Position numbers and translations under genes: made by a program
Notes under the pieces: generated by a model
Seen by the model: only the letters and a program-made list of their open reading frames with translations
Told to the model about the DNA's origin: nothing
Databases searched by the model: none
NCBI GenBank assembly: GCA_051362555.1
Contig: CM120646.1
Coordinates: forward strand, 5,890,001 to 5,954,000
From: Lingula anatina
Taxonomy: Eukaryota > Animalia > Brachiopoda
Direction: 5' to 3'
Length of the DNA stretch: 64,000 nucleotides
Shown: positions 1 through 14,700 of the stretch, one piece after another
Layout of the letters: every line of letters begins with the position of its first letter
Numbering within the stretch: position 1 is the stretch's first letter

Positions 1-132
1 GGAAAAGATTGATGGGCATGCCACTTTGTTTTTTCATTCCGTTACATCTTTTCTCTTTCATTTTATTTCAATTCTGTCCTCTCCAATTTAGTGAAAGACA
101 GATAACGGCAAGTGCTATTGCTCTTCCCCCCC

Positions 133-177
<45 letters not shown>

Positions 178-851
178 AAAATTAATCAAGAGGAAAGATG
201 TTATGAAGGTTTGGAGGAACAACTAAAATTATGATTTGATTCATACCCCAATCTTTTTTCAGCCCCTTTTTAGACTTTGGTGCATGAAGCAGTGCTGCTT
301 GTTGCTTTGCTATCTGTACTGTCTGTTTATGCATGTTCATATCAGGACCTTCTTAGTCTGAAAATAGACTACATCGTATCACTGGTAATGTAATGTAAAT
401 GCAATTTGGTCATTTTGTGATGTCATTCAGTCTATTTTCTGAACTAAGTTAGTCCTGATATGAGTAAAGGCTGGTATGTAAATCCCTGAATTTGGTACAG
501 TAACTATTTTAGTTACTTGTTAAAAAGTAACTAAAATACTTGTTTTTCTTGTTAAAAACACACTGGGAAGTGCAAACTAGACAGTTACATGCTATTTGCT
601 CACTTTGGAACAATTTGACAGCTTTGTGCTTATCAGAAAAGATAAAAACGCTGTCCTCTTCTTGAGGATAAAAAATTGATCAATTATAGAAATTATTAAA
701 TTATTTATCATAAGATACTACAGTGATTACTACAAACTGTAAACAGTCACCACTCTGCAGCACCCTGCCCTATAAAAGACTGCTTTTTAACTTGTGAACA
801 GAATGTGTCATAATATACTATTTAATTCGTTTTCATTCCTTTGTATTTCAG

Positions 852-1416
852 AATGTGACTGCTACGGGTGCTGGTTTTGTGGATGGTCTGGGTTACGGGG
901 ACAATACCAAAGCGGCTGTGATTCGTCTTGGACTCATGGAAATGGTGAAGTTCTGTGAGGAATTTTATCCAGGTATTGGAATTTTTTAAAACATTTTTAA
1001 TTTTTAAATGTTCAGTTATATACAGTAATTGTTTGCAACATTGAAACACCTACCTCATACAAAAGAAGAGAAGAATCAAAAACATTCAAGTCGTATGGTT
1101 TTAAAAAACATTACTCCAACTTACTTTTGTATCGTCTTTGTCAGATCTATATTACTTTTATTATTGATTTAGCAGTATTGGAAAAATGCATTAACCAAGC
1201 TGGTAAATTATTCAGTTGATTGTTGGGCTAAGTTGATGTGGTTGTAAAAGCAGTGATGTACATTGTTAATTATTTAACTATAGGGTCCAAGATGTCCACC
1301 TTCCTGGAGAGCTGTGGGGTGGCTGACTTGGTGACCACATGTTACGGAGGCAGAAACAGGAGAGTGGCCGAGGCTTTCGTCAAAACAGGAAAGGTTAGTC
1401 ACGCATGCATGCAGGA

Positions 1417-1454
<38 letters not shown>

Positions 1455-1893
1455 AATGAGTGAATGCAAACACACTATTAAATTTTCAGGCATAATTTTC
1501 TGAATATTTGGTCAACATATTATGATTTTACGGATACTGCCATACAGATCTTGTGGTCCTTTAGAAGTAGGTATTAAACCGACCTTATGTTTGTGGTTGA
1601 CGTGATAGACTTAGGTTGAACCTGACAGAAGGTCAGATAGGACAGGCAGGCATGTAAAAAAAAATTGAAATATAAATAAGCTTTGCCTCTGAAACTTAAT
1701 CTAGATTTTGTTGACTAAATTACATTTTCACTCCTTGTATTATGTCAGTATTTCTCCATTGTAGTCCATACCAGAGCTGGAGAAGGAAATGTTGAATGGC
1801 CAGAGCTTACAGGGACCCCCCACAGCAGCCGAGATAAATATCATGCTGAAAGCCAAGAACATGGAAGATAGGTGAGGACTTTTTGTTCTTGTG

Positions 1894-1929
<36 letters not shown>

Positions 1930-2320
1930 TATCAGGGATGAGATTTCTTTGACTATTGGTGGATTTTTCAACTCGATGCAGATCTGCAATAAATACTTAG
2001 GAGGGGAGGTCTTATTTTCATGCTTTTTCGCTAAATGGCAGTCTCATCCCTGACATATACACTGGTATAATTTCTTAGTGTTCTTTGTATTTTCAAATTG
2101 ACAAAAGCATTACACCTTTATGATGTGAATCTAGAACCCAGTATCCTAACGTAAATGTAATGAAGACGTGGGTTGTCAGACTTTGCCAATTTGATGAATA
2201 TGTTGGTTTGCCTTTTTCTCCAGGTTTCCTCTATTCACTGCCATCCACAGGATCTGTATAAGAGAACTGGAGCCACAGAAGTTCATAGACTGTTTGAAGA
2301 ATCACCCAGAGCACATGTAG
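852..2320 (+). CDS. GPD1: Glycerol-3-phosphate dehydrogenase [NAD+], cytosolic; last four coding exons (852-972, 1284-1393, 1765-1871, 2224-2320); 5' part lies outside the window
   Basis: Spliced translation [31 protein letters not shown]...[27 protein letters not shown]...LNGQSLQGP...[12 protein letters not shown]...NHPEHM* matches the GPD1/GPD1L C-terminal domain; all introns GT-AG and in phase. Confidence 0.96.
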
Positions 2321-3904
2321 ATAGACTATTAAGATTGCTGTTCTTTGACAACACATAGACTCAGTAGAATGTGTGCTCTTTCCTTCATTATTCCTCTGTC
2401 CCCTATTTTTTAAAATGTTTCTTGTGTGATATATTTTGTGAATCCTTAAATTCATTCAGTGGAAATTTCTGAGGAAGATGACCAGGTTTTGCTTTATACT
2501 TATTTTGAAGATTTATGCACTGACAATGCTTTTTTTTTATCCTTCACCCTGTTAGAACTTAAATAAAGAAATCCGTTGATGGTAGCTTTTATTTTGCAAT
2601 GCAATAGATGAACTAAATTCACAAAAGAATTGACCATTGGAATGAACTTCTGGATTGTGATGAACAACTGTTGCAGTGCCCTCAGTGTGCTGTTTTATCC
2701 ATACTAGAGCTAGAGCTATTGCAATGACAAATACTTTGAAAACCAGTTTTAATTATGTTTTGACAAGATAGCTTTATTATTAAATATGTATGCCATATTA
2801 AGTAATAATATTATGTCAGTTGTGAGACTGAACAGCGTCTGATTCCGAGAGTTTGAAGGTGCTGATGATGACTCAAGAAGAAAAACTCTGAGCAGGACAC
2901 GCAGAACACACTGGCACGAACCACGTACGGGCTTTATTTGTAAAAACAAGAGTATTAATTGATAATTTTACTCCAAATGAAAATTGTACATAGTTAAGAT
3001 ATTTATCTTGATATAAATGTTATCGAAAAGAAGTTTATCGTTCCAATGAAACGTATGGTTGATGAAAACTTTACAAGAAGTTTTCCAGAAGGCAGCGTTT
3101 ACAAGATACATGACAACAAGTTCTTCATTTTTAGAAATAATATTGTGATTGCAATCAAAAATATACATATTTACGTTCTACATATTCTGCTTGTAATAAG
3201 ACCAAGTTAAAATATTAAATGTTGAAAGGTGTTGTTATATTTTTGTCTTGGGAATTATTTACTTGTGCCTGTTTTAATTTAGACACAATGCATATTTTTT
3301 TTCGAATGGAATATTTTGTGTATGGACTTGCACAATGGTAAAGGAGCATGAATCCCAGAAAGAAAAAAAGGGAAAGAGGCGTTTTCTTTTTGATTTGTCC
3401 GTTGTCGTTGGATTGATAGGTAAACTACGTCTAAGACGTTAACTCGAGACCGACCACACAATGGAGTAAAAGTTACCAAGCTGTTGCGTTCCTCTTGTAT
3501 ATCGTTTTTAAAGATGCAAATTTGGTTTGTTGACTTCCCGCATATGATCATTTTTTCAGCAGGGGTATTAATCTCATAGCATGCGGAAAGGCTAACCCTT
3601 GCTTGAGGTATAAAGAGGCTATTTAAAAGGGGGAAATATGAAGAAAATCCCCTTTTAAGCGCTCGCGTACTCATTATAATAAGACCAATTTATGTCAAAA
3701 AACATTTGGCTAGTCTATGCGACAGTAGTCATAACAGAGGAACTGGAGTTTAGAATGGGACACCTTATATAGGGTTGATTTGTAGGACGAGAGTTAAGTC
3801 AACAAAACAAAACTTGCCGAGTCATAGAACTCGATACTTTGTAAACAATGAAATCCACTGTGAAGTTTGAAAGCTGTTAAAAGCCCCGTCGCTTATTGCA
3901 TTGT

Positions 3905-4023
3905 CGCAGTCGCCATTTTGGAGTTGAGCAATCGTCAGGCTTTACAACATTCGTCTGGCAAAATTTGAGGATCTTTGATATCTCACTCAAAGTCCAGAAG
4001 GTGACAAAGCAGATAAGGTAAGC
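3905..4023 (+). promoter_or_regulatory. Probable TSS region and non-coding first exon of the His-rich membrane gene
   Basis: YY1-like CGCCATTTTG at about 3911 followed by a strong donor AAG|GTAAGC at 4018; the next acceptor directly precedes the ATG at 4997. Confidence 0.5.
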
Positions 4024-4996
4024 GTCTAAGAATAAATATTGCGTAAGATAAACCCGAGACCTAGGGCATGCGATAGCGAGCCTTTAGCTGCTCTAAATTG
4101 ACGGGAAAATTTTATCGACTTTTAGAAATAGAGCACAGTATTGTGGGTGGATTGCAAGTAGACAGCTCAGTTTTCTTTTATATGCTGAAAGTATATCAAA
4201 ATCTTACTTATACCTAGTCTTTGTCATATGTGATATGCTAAAAATAAAATCACGCAGTATTGATCCGTAACTGACCTGGAAAGTTTGCTTAGGCTCACCT
4301 GACAGCTGCGCAAAAACATGGAAGTAGTGTGATCTCAAAATATAGAAAATATTCGATGGCAGAAATCGTATCTAGGTGAAACTAGGCCGGGCGGTTGCGC
4401 ATATCAAAGAAAAGATATGAATGTGCATATGTTTGTTGAAATCAATTTATATGTAGTACATATGTATTTACGTCGGTTGCAGAAACCACGGAGAGAGTTT
4501 ATAACAAACAGTATAGATTTTCCGACTCTACACTGACGTCTACTCAATTTTTGAAGCAAATTCATCGTTTTTGTGAATTATTTTGAAGAAAAAAATTTCT
4601 TTAGATCCTTGGGACCGGAGGAAAAAGACTAGTTTATCGAATAAATTTCTCCCTTTTTTTGAGTCTCGGACGACAGCGGTAAATGACCTAAACACAACGC
4701 CGAAAAAAAAACAACTTATTTTTAGCCTAATTAAAAATGACATGCATCATATATTGTACTTCTATCATCCCGAATTACCCATAGAAAATCCAATACTTCT
4801 CCTCGTCTTTTGATTTAAATTTTTCAAAGAAGTAATATATCTAGTCGTTTGGCGACGTATTTTGCTGATCAAAATTGGTTTACATTGAAGCCGCAATTGG
4901 TTTTAGCTGATATAAGCATCGCATAGATGGATTCTACTACTGCTTTCAGACAAATGGAACTTATTTCTATTGATGTCACTCTTATACTTCATACAG

Positions 4997-6662
4997 ATGC
5001 CTAAAGCAGCAGTACTGCTGATTCTCGGTCTGTTCGTCCTGGGTATCCAGGCAGACGACCGCCGCCATCATGGTGGGTCAGCGCACCCAGAACCGACCTC
5101 CACTGGTCACCATGATTACAAATATTATCAAGAGAAAAGACACCATGAAATGGATAAAGACGGTGAGTTTCGGATTTTATTTGTAAGATTTGATTATCAA
5201 AAGGCACAGTTTGTGAAAATATTGGTGCGGGAAAGAAACTGGAGAATATTTCCGTGTCCTCAACTGATTGTTACTCTTTGTCAACCATCACACTTTTTAA
5301 TAATTAGAGACCAAATAGTCTAAAACGAACGATTTTTTGTTGAAAATGCTGTTTATTTATTTGGATGTGGCGTTAACTACGGGACTGACTTATTTTTCAC
5401 GCCACTGAAAATTTTTAGTTTTGAGTTTGTATCACTGAATGAAACGAATAAATTAATTAACCATTATTGTCATCAATGCAGGCTATCTGAAATACAAGAT
5501 ATGATATCAAATTTATTCACCCATTTCGAAAAAAAAAAAAAAAAAAAAAAAAAAAACAGCATTAACTGGGTGTTTTTTTTGGATAACTTTTGTTCCGGAC
5601 TTTCTTTTCTTAAAAACATCATAAGTATCTCCTGCTCTCGATATTTCTATGGTATTGCATTGCGAAATTTTATCTCAAGAACTGTTATGCATTTTTCTTT
5701 AAAGATGATAAGGACGACGACAAGTGGAATTTCTCCTCGTACAAGCGCTTCCACTCGGCCTGGAAGATAACGGCCATAGTCCTCGGTGTAGTGCTCGTAG
5801 TGGGAGTTTTTGCCGTGTCTGTGGCCTGCTGCATCGTATGTAGATGCAAGCAGCGTTTCTGCACCACTTCCTACCGTAGCTCCTGTGGCGGGCCTCCAAG
5901 TGAGAAGTACAAGACGCCTTCTGGTACGTTCTAAAACAAACGTTTTTATTTATTTATTTATTTATTTATTTTTGTTTTTTAATGATGGGTTAATAGCGTG
6001 TGAACATGATAGAGATATGCGACTCTTCTGGTATGTTCCGGGAGAATGTTATGGCGTGGCTTATGACGAATAGAAATTAATTTTGAAAATCATTGGTTAA
6101 TTATGTTTGAATATGTTCAGAAATTTGCGACAACGTCTGGTATATTCTGAGAGCTTAATGTGGGTTATTTAGAGAACGGCTATTTTAAATGATTGGTTTA
6201 TAATGTTCGAGCGTGGACGGAAATGCTCTGTTATATACTGAACGTACCGTGTGGCTGCTTTTTACTTGACATTTTGAAACAATCAGTACATACCTTTTCA
6301 TGTATGACAATACATGAAAAGGCTAACACCGTCTAAACTTATGCTAATAGTTATGTATAGGAAGTTTGTGACTGAAATTTTTAAAAAGATAACTAAAAGG
6401 ATCAATGTGTATTTACAGAAATACGATATGTTTTCTTTGCGCATTGATATTTTAATTGATATTTTAAGTTTACTTTGACTGTTATTTCTATGTGCCATAT
6501 ATAAATACAGACTGCTCTCTCTCTCTTTCTCTCTCAAATAACATTGATAATTAAACTGAGTGTTACTTTTCAGGCATGGAAAAGGCTGTAGAGGCCGGAG
6601 TGTACGCACCCCCTGCGTACGACGAGGCAGTGAAACAGGCAGATGAAGTGAAGAAATTCTGA
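4997..6662 (+). CDS. Type-I membrane protein, 157 aa: signal peptide, His/Asp/Lys-rich ectodomain, TM helix, juxtamembrane Cys cluster, PPAY tail. Exons 4997-5162, 5705-5923, 6574-6662
   Basis: MPKAAVLLILGLFVLGIQA-DDRRHHGGSAH...HHEMDKDDDKDDDKW...ITAIVLGVVLVVGVFAVSVACCIVCRCK...VYAPPAYDEAVK...KKF*; phase-1 GT-AG introns; 474 nt total. Confidence 0.85.
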
Positions 6663-7693
6663 ACACCGTCATCACGAACTAACGCTTGTAGCTAATATAA
6701 TAACTCGTACAGCTGTCTGCATTTTATGCTTTTATGTTAAACGGTACACTGTGATATTGACTATAAGTAACAGGGACTTATTATTCACCATTTTACGTCA
6801 TGTGTTAGAGACAAAGGTTGGAACCGTCCTATTGTTTTACCAAGCAAGAATCCACCTCAAGCCGCCACGGTATGCACGGACGCTGTTGGCTTCCTTCCAC
6901 GGACGTAAAAAGATTGACCCACCTTTGCCAATTCCTGCGACGCAGACAAAAATGGTCGGAAATTGTAGTTTTGCTGGAACAGTGAAACTGAAAAATGTAG
7001 CGAAACCATCTCTCGATAAGCGCAAATGGATCGCCCTTAATCCAAATTTAACCAGTATCTGAGCTTTATGAAAACACAGCCTTAAAAAGTTTTTTTTCGT
7101 GATAATCTTTAATGAGTGTTTTAATTAGTATTAAATTATTTTTATTATTTAAAAACAGATCAAAACTGTGCACTTTAAAACGAAAAATATGTCTTTGTAA
7201 GACACAAAAGCTGTTTGTCGTTCTTGTTTTAATGTATTTGCTAAAAAGATTTTTTACTCTTTGGTTCGTATTTTTAACAGATGTGTGCAGCCCTTAAGAC
7301 GCTTTAGAATACAGTCATTATTTTTGAGCCATACTATTAATAATCACAGGCAGCAAGAGGATTTTAGGAGAATTCTCCACCTCTCGTTGCTGTTTTTTTT
7401 TTCTGAGTGGCTAGCGTACCCATGATAATAATTTTATCTACATGTATAATATGCGGAAATAAAGTGGTGTTTTTCTGTTTACAGTATGTCTTTGTTGTTA
7501 TTACTGCAGTATTTCATATCGCTGTAAGTCTGCACGTTTGGAAAAAACGTACTTTCTTGAGTCTTCGAAAATGTTCCTTTGGTCCCACTGGTCAAATTAA
7601 CAGGAAAATCAACCATTTTGGAAGCCGTCTGAGCCGCTCCCAAAACGTAGATTCGTCATATTCTCTCCACAATATTTCACTAAATAGTCATAG

Positions 7694-7918
7694 GGTGCTT
7701 TCCCAGAGATTTAGATCGATCTAAAGATTAAGATTTAGATCGACCTAACTCCCTGGGGGTTCACGCTAAATTGCAGTCAGCCGAGCGGGCACCATAGTTA
7801 ATTACCCCCTTACAGCTTTTAGTAGGCGGGACAGACGCTTAAGCCGGCCAAGCTGACAGTAATCTAGTGAGACTCCCCACAGGGATAGATCGATCTAAAA
7901 ATCTATGGAAATGGGGTG
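7694..7918. mobile_element. MITE-like element, family 1, copy a
   Basis: Terminal AGATCGATCT palindromes; interior matches 12771-12985 in reverse complement (e.g. GACCTAACTCCCTGGGGGTTCACGCTAAAT and CTGACAGTAATCTAGTGAGACTCCCC). Confidence 0.7.
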
Positions 7919-8739
7919 TTAGATATGTCGCTGGCTAATTCATGATCTCTGCGTTAAAGAAAAGTGCACATTATCTGGTAGGGAGTAGATCCCCAAGGAT
8001 TCTGCGCCAGAACTGGACTTGGATAAACGCATGGGAAAATATATCAGCACACATTATCACAATCCGTCAATGAGATACTTAAACTTTATTTCAGACTTAG
8101 GCATCATGGAAGAACTGATGAAAATGTACATTAAACATAAACAAGCTAGCACTCTGACAGCTCTGCATGTGCTTATATACAAATCTACTAAAACCACTTC
8201 ACAATAAGTTGCAGTATACAGATAATTCAGTTTTCCCGTGTATTACTAAGCGAGAACACAGCACCGTCTCTTTTTTCTAAGGAGTTATGAAGAAACTTTG
8301 CTGATGAGATGACCACTGCCCAGTTTGTGTTCTCCATTATGTGTGTGACTTTGTTGCTGTCATTCAAAAATTGTGCATGGAATAGATACAGCGTGGATAG
8401 TTGGCCTCTTTGCAATCCCACAAATTGAAATGCGTGCACTATTTGTTTGGAAATTATACTTCAAATGTAGATATTTTAGGCCTACACATGTATCAACACC
8501 ATCCAATGTTGCTCACTAATCCGCTTCAATGCTTTTTATTAATGGAACCTTCAATAAATGCAACCGTCATCGGCCAAATTTCAAACAACATGCTTCAGTT
8601 TGTTCTACTTTTTAAACTAGCACGTCTTATTACTTAAATCAGCCTTATCAAAGAGACAAAAAGATACAGCGTGGAAATACTCTGACAAGCACTCGAACGA
8701 TATACAGGGGATTTGAATTGTCCGCTCTTGTCACGCTAT

Positions 8740-8966
8740 CTGAACACAGGTGAGTCGTCAAACAAATGCAGGCGATAGGATTCGTTGTCGCGCGGCCTAT
8801 ATATTGATTGTTTACATAAAGGCCGCCATTTTAAGTAGTTGATCGATGATTTCACAATACAGACTGACATGGTTAGTAATATATAGTATTGTGAAATTCA
8901 CCACCACCTGTTACTTGTATTGGCAGTAAGAGGAAAAGTAAAAGAAGGAGGCAGGAACAGGTGAGA
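8740..8966 (+). promoter_or_regulatory. Promoter and non-coding exon 1 of CUB-TM gene A
   Basis: ACACAGGTG, TATA-like TATATA, CGCCATTTTAA, then donor GAACAG|GTGAGA at 8961; alignable to 20040-20275. Confidence 0.6.
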
Positions 8967-9558
8967 TGCATCACTACCTTAGACTAGATTTAGGGGGCTT
9001 TTATTTTAGAATTTCAAATTAGAATGGGGCTGGTCCTCCATAGACATAATGCAGGGAGGCTGCATCTTTAGTACGCCGGGTACGTCCTTACAATAGGCAG
9101 TCAGAGGCAAGACTTTGGAAGATGGATACCTCATTCGGAATTTGTGCATGCCCCTTGCACGAATACGTTCTCATTCTTCTGAAATTTTTCTCACTCTAAG
9201 CGGGTGTGTGTGTTTGTGCACGTGAGGACTACAGGAAATCGCCATTACCGTCACGTAATTTATAACGGTGACAATTAAGCAGATAGTTGATTACACTGCC
9301 TGAAAATGACCCAGCTTGGCCCTGACTGGGGGAGGGGGGGGGGGCATCGTGTATTTCGCAACACAATGCGCCATATAGTTGTTTATTCTGTTGATTCTGT
9401 ATAAGCGATACGTAATAAAAGTGTAAAAGGCGTGGTTGATAATATATATGGCTCAGCAGTGTTTGTTTGGATTACCGTCTACTGTGACACGCAGTGAACA
9501 CTGGGTAACTGAGACACGCGCTTGATTTAGTAAGTCTACATCGATGTACACACATGCA

Positions 9559-9563
9559 CTGTG

Positions 9564-9658
<95 letters not shown>

Positions 9659-9741
9659 AGAAGAGAGAGAGGGAAAGGGAAAGAAAGAGTTGGGGAGGAG
9701 GGGAGAGAGAGAGATGAAGGGAGTGAGAAAGGGAAGGGGGA

Positions 9742-9781
<40 letters not shown>
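9559..9781. repeat. Compound (GT)n/(GA)n microsatellite
   Basis: Directly visible. Confidence 0.95.
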
Positions 9782-10019
9782 CCGTATGCATTGTTGCTAA
9801 GGTCATTCAGTACATGACCCATCAGTGACAAAAAGACGCACGGACTCAGCAGGACTGTGTTTTGCACGTCTTTATAAATCCGATCCAAATAACTCTACCA
9901 ATTTACTGATGGCTTCCATGGGAAACTTGTCACCAGTTATTATAACGTGTTGCTCTAAAATGACGTAATTGTGAATCAATTTCAGGTCAAGGAAATATAT
10001 ATACCTTTGTGAGGTGATA

Positions 10020-11632
10020 ATGATGTCTGACACCAGCCTATATGTGTGCATATTAGCTTGGATGTGTGGTGTATTGCTGCACGGAGCTCATGGCGATATT
10101 TGTAAGTATATCAACAATCGAACGCTAGGTCACAGACGTCCTGCCTGATATCTCGTTTGGGACATCCCACAAAAACTTGACATTTGAGGCACGTCATTGT
10201 GGCACACCTTTTTATGAAATATTTGCTTAGCTTATATATAGCTTTTTAATATTTTTGTTGTTGTGTTTTGGAGGGGACTATAGTAATAAACGGAGAAAAA
10301 ATGACACAAGTCAAATTTACGCAAATATTTTACAAAATATGTGCATCACTGGCGTGGCTCAAATGTTCACTGTTATGAGGTACGACCCATATATTTCACA
10401 TATCGGGAGGGGAAGAAAAAAATACGCCTCTATCTTAAGTTTATGTAGAGTTTTTGATTTATCAGAATCATATTTCGGCGTGATTCATTTCATCCATTCG
10501 TGTATTTTTCGATCTTTCTATGTATTACAAACATTAAAAATATATAGAATTGCCTTGAAGCGCCTGTGATTTGCAAAGATTTTACGTCTAAATGAAAGCT
10601 CTCAACGAATTTGTGCGTGACGCACGTAAGGGCACAATATTTTGGCTTCTAATTGCACTTTACGCCATTTCATCAGAAGTGCTAAGCGTGGTTTTATAGT
10701 ACCAAATCTGTTTATTATTCTATTTGTTTTATTCAGATTACACGGAAAATTCGTATGACTGCGGTAAAACGCACGATGTGTATACTAGCACAACAAAGCT
10801 GCAGGCTTGGAAACCCTCTTTATTGAAGTGAGTATTAAGTTACATATATTTTCTTCTACTCAAAGGGCGTATATAAACTTGGGACGTGAATTATCTGACA
10901 CTAACAAGACACGCGCATTTCACGGGGTACGGTAAATCAGGCATACGTAGTTCTCAAAAGGGCTGTATCCCGAAAATGGGTCCCAGTTCAGTTTCGAAAA
11001 TGCGTAACAATTTACTAACGTTCTGCAAAAATAAAATGTGCATCTCTTGCTCTAAATCTGGCGCAGCGTTCCTTTTTATTGTTCGACTTCTGATTTGTAG
11101 TTTGGGTTAGAATTGTCTCATATTTTGGTCTAAAAGGTAAGATCAGTATTCGAACTAGCATTTTTATGAAACGAGGACTTTTCCTGTATCGATGATTCCG
11201 TACACTTATCAAATTGACAATGATGCTCACTTTTCTGTCCACAAAGTCAATGATGTCCAAAACGTAAATTGATACCGTATTTTTTTTTGTAGGAGCAGCC
11301 CTCCATCCAGATGCGTCATGTATTTTGACAGCGGCAAAGATGAGGTTGCCGTTAGGGTGGAATTCACATCGGTTCGTTTACCCTGCTCCACTCCCGTCAC
11401 TTTAAGTGTCTATGATTGGCGTAGCACACATCCCGACAAGGTGATTAGTACTTCTTCTGCTATTTAGATCTATTTTAAATACTATAAAGTAGAATATGCC
11501 AACAGTTTAGGTGAAATAATATAATATGTTTTATAATAATATTATTTTATTATCAGTGTGAAATTCATTTAAAATATTTAAAATACTCGTTAGACTCTAC
11601 ATAAAAACAAGTACTTAAGAACACAATAACCA

Positions 11633-11716
<84 letters not shown>

Positions 11717-14700
11717 TTAAATTAAAATGCTCTTTTGTAACTAAATAATTTATGCAAAGTTACGCAATAATTTATCACTGACATTACAATTTTTATCACT
11801 GACATAGATGCTCAATGGTCCATCGAAATATTTCATATGAGTGATAAAAGTTTGATAAGAAAAGGTGACTACAGAGCGTTTTCATTACTATCTGTTAATT
11901 TACTACAAAAGTTGCTTTATTGTTTACAGAAATAATTGGCCTACTTTCCCATGTTGTATCCTGCAGTATTTAATGTCTGTCGATCTTGCAACTGTTCTCA
12001 CGTAAATAAAAATCATCGATAAAGACAATTATCTTACCTAATTCTTCTTTCAGCTTTTAAAATCATTGTCCTGTACCCCTGACAAACCCGATGACATATA
12101 CTCCGAGAGTCGCTACTTGACAGTTGAGCTCAACGCCACAGTGAACAGCACCGACTATGACTTCGACATGGAACTTTGGATGAAAGTTGCGCCAGGTGAC
12201 GACCACGACCGCGGTAAGTAAAGGCCCACACACACGTTCAGCTATTACCTGAGTCACTTAGTACCAGCGTTGCGAGATTTTTCGCGTAACTTTGCATACT
12301 TTTTAAATTTTTTTTATTTCATTTTATTATTTTTTTTACTTATTGCAAAATTGTAATGACTAAGTTAGGGAGATGCACATGTAACTAAGCTAAATGCATT
12401 GGCAGGTTTTTAGGAAATAGCTGGAGGGGGGGGGGGGGGGGGCTGCGGAAAATGATGCATGGTCTTTGTTATCAGTGTGTATTCCCTGTTAGTCTTGGAG
12501 AATGAAATTTGGCAAATATGCAACAAAAGTTGCTGTTATAACTAAATTTGTCAAATATTATGTACGTGGTAGTTCACCATGGATTTGATCGACCTAGCTA
12601 ATGCGAACTAACACCACGGGGACTCTCGCTGAATGCAATCACATTAACAGACAGCCCCAACATTGAAGGGTTTGTGAGCAAACGTGGTTCCTAAGCTGTC
12701 GCAGGCTGACCAGCTCTAAGGCCACATATAGATATCCCACTAGATACTCACAGATATGTCTCTGTCTAAGGCTCTGTTCTCACAACTTTTAGATCGATCT
12801 ATCACCGAGGGGAGTCTCACTAGATTACTGTCAGATAATCCCCCTTAAGTGTCCGTCCCCGCCTACTACAAGCTTTAAGGGGTAATTAACTTTCGTGTCC
12901 GCCCGGCTGACAGCTATTTAGCGTGAACCCCCAGGGAGTTAGGTCGATCCAATGTAGGTCGATCTAATCTATGAGAATGGGGTGAAATTCTTTACATTTT
13001 TATGTACAGACACAGATGTGTCTGTACATATTGCCATCACCTGCGTCTGTCGTCGCCGTCGCCGTCGCCGATCATGTCGCCGTCGCCGTGCACTTTCAGC
13101 GTTAACACCATAAGTGGAAGACAGTTTTACTTTTTGGCTTTATATTTACAGAGTTGATGAATATTCATAAAACACAGGTCAAGTTCGAAAATCAGCATGA
13201 TCGGGCCATTATTGTAGAATTTATGCTGTTTTTTCATTTTTCAGCATATATGCAACACTGTTAACACATTTCAAGGAAAACCCATAGGCCTGTTGTCATG
13301 AAACTCACAGGAGTAATCAATCTAACTAAAACGCAGGTCAAGCTCAAAAATCAGCATAATCGGACCATTATTTTATAAGTTATGCCGTTTTTTCACATTT
13401 CCTCAGATTCAATTCTTAGGCATGTTAACAGTCTCATTATTTAATTTTAATTAAATTTATTAAAATAAGATACATAAAAGTGTTTGTTTGACATTTCCTG
13501 CATCTTTACAACATTGTTAGTTGATTACGTAAAAATGATGGTAAACTTGTAATCGTGTATTGTGTAATAAGGTGTCAAAAATGGAAATAAACTCATATCA
13601 TTGCAGTTTGTAAGATTCAATCATTCACTATGTTCAGAAACTCAGAATGGAGAAAATTGGACATTTGACACTGTTCTATTGATATTTTTCACATCTCATC
13701 AATTTTCTTAGTTGATCATATAAAAATGGCAGTAAACTGTTAATTTTGTTTCATGTTAAAAAAAGTGTTAAAAATGGAAATAAACCCATTTCAGAATAGT
13801 GCTGTCTTGTTTCACATTTCCTCAGATTCAATTTTTAGGCATGTTAACAGTTTCATTATTTAATTAATAAGATAAGTAAAAGTGTTTGTTTGACATTTCC
13901 TGCATCTTTACAACATTGTGAGTTGATTTTGTAAAAATGATGGTAAACATGTTATCGTGTATTGTGTAATAAAGTTTCAAAAATGGAAATAAACTCATAT
14001 CATTGCAGTTTGTAAGATTCAATCATTCACTATGTTCAGAAACTCAGAATGGAGGAAATTGGACATTTGACACCGTTTTATTGATATTTTTCACATCTCA
14101 TCAATTTCCTTAGTTGATCATATAAAAATGGCAGTAAACTGTTAATTTTGTTTTATGTTAAAAAAGTGTTAAAAATGGAAAATAAAAACATTCAGAATAG
14201 TGCTGTCTTGTTTACATTTTGGCATTTTCAAGTTGTGACTTTGAAGTTCCATGGGCCTGAAGACCTTTGCTAGTCACATTTTCTGAATATCCATAATACT
14301 AATATTTTATTATTAAAATTGATGGTCATTATGCTGTTAAACGTTATGTAATATTGCATCAAAATTTGGAAAAAATATTTTGGGCACTGCTCCCATAATG
14401 ACCATTTAAGAAAAATCATCTCACTTACTGTTCTCAAACTTACAGGAAAGAAACATGGGACTAAAATACAGCTTCAGTAGGCAATGCAGTCTGTTTGGTA
14501 ATTCTTTCTGCTAGTTAAACAGTTTTCTTGTGAAAATTTAATTTTTCACATATTGGCATTTTCAAGGTGTGACTTTGAAGTTCCATGGGCTTGAAGACCC
14601 ATGCTAGTCACATTTTCTGAAAATCCATGATACGTATATTTTATTATTAAAAATTGACGGTCATTATGCTGTTAACCACTATGTAATATTGCATCAGAAT

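Noticed and set aside
3279-3674. 131-aa minus-strand ORF between GPD1 and the next gene
   Set aside because: It has no recognisable motif, an intergenic composition and no supporting exon partners.
5110-5725. DYK and DDDK strings plus His pairs that look like FLAG/His tags or an enterokinase site
   Set aside because: There is no exact DYKDDDDK, the strings are interrupted by a natural intron, and there is no vector context. This is coincidental low complexity.
9453-9888. ORFs of 87-138 aa with SL, HT or RE repeats
   Set aside because: They are translations of GA/GT microsatellites. The same applies at about 30722 and 55552.
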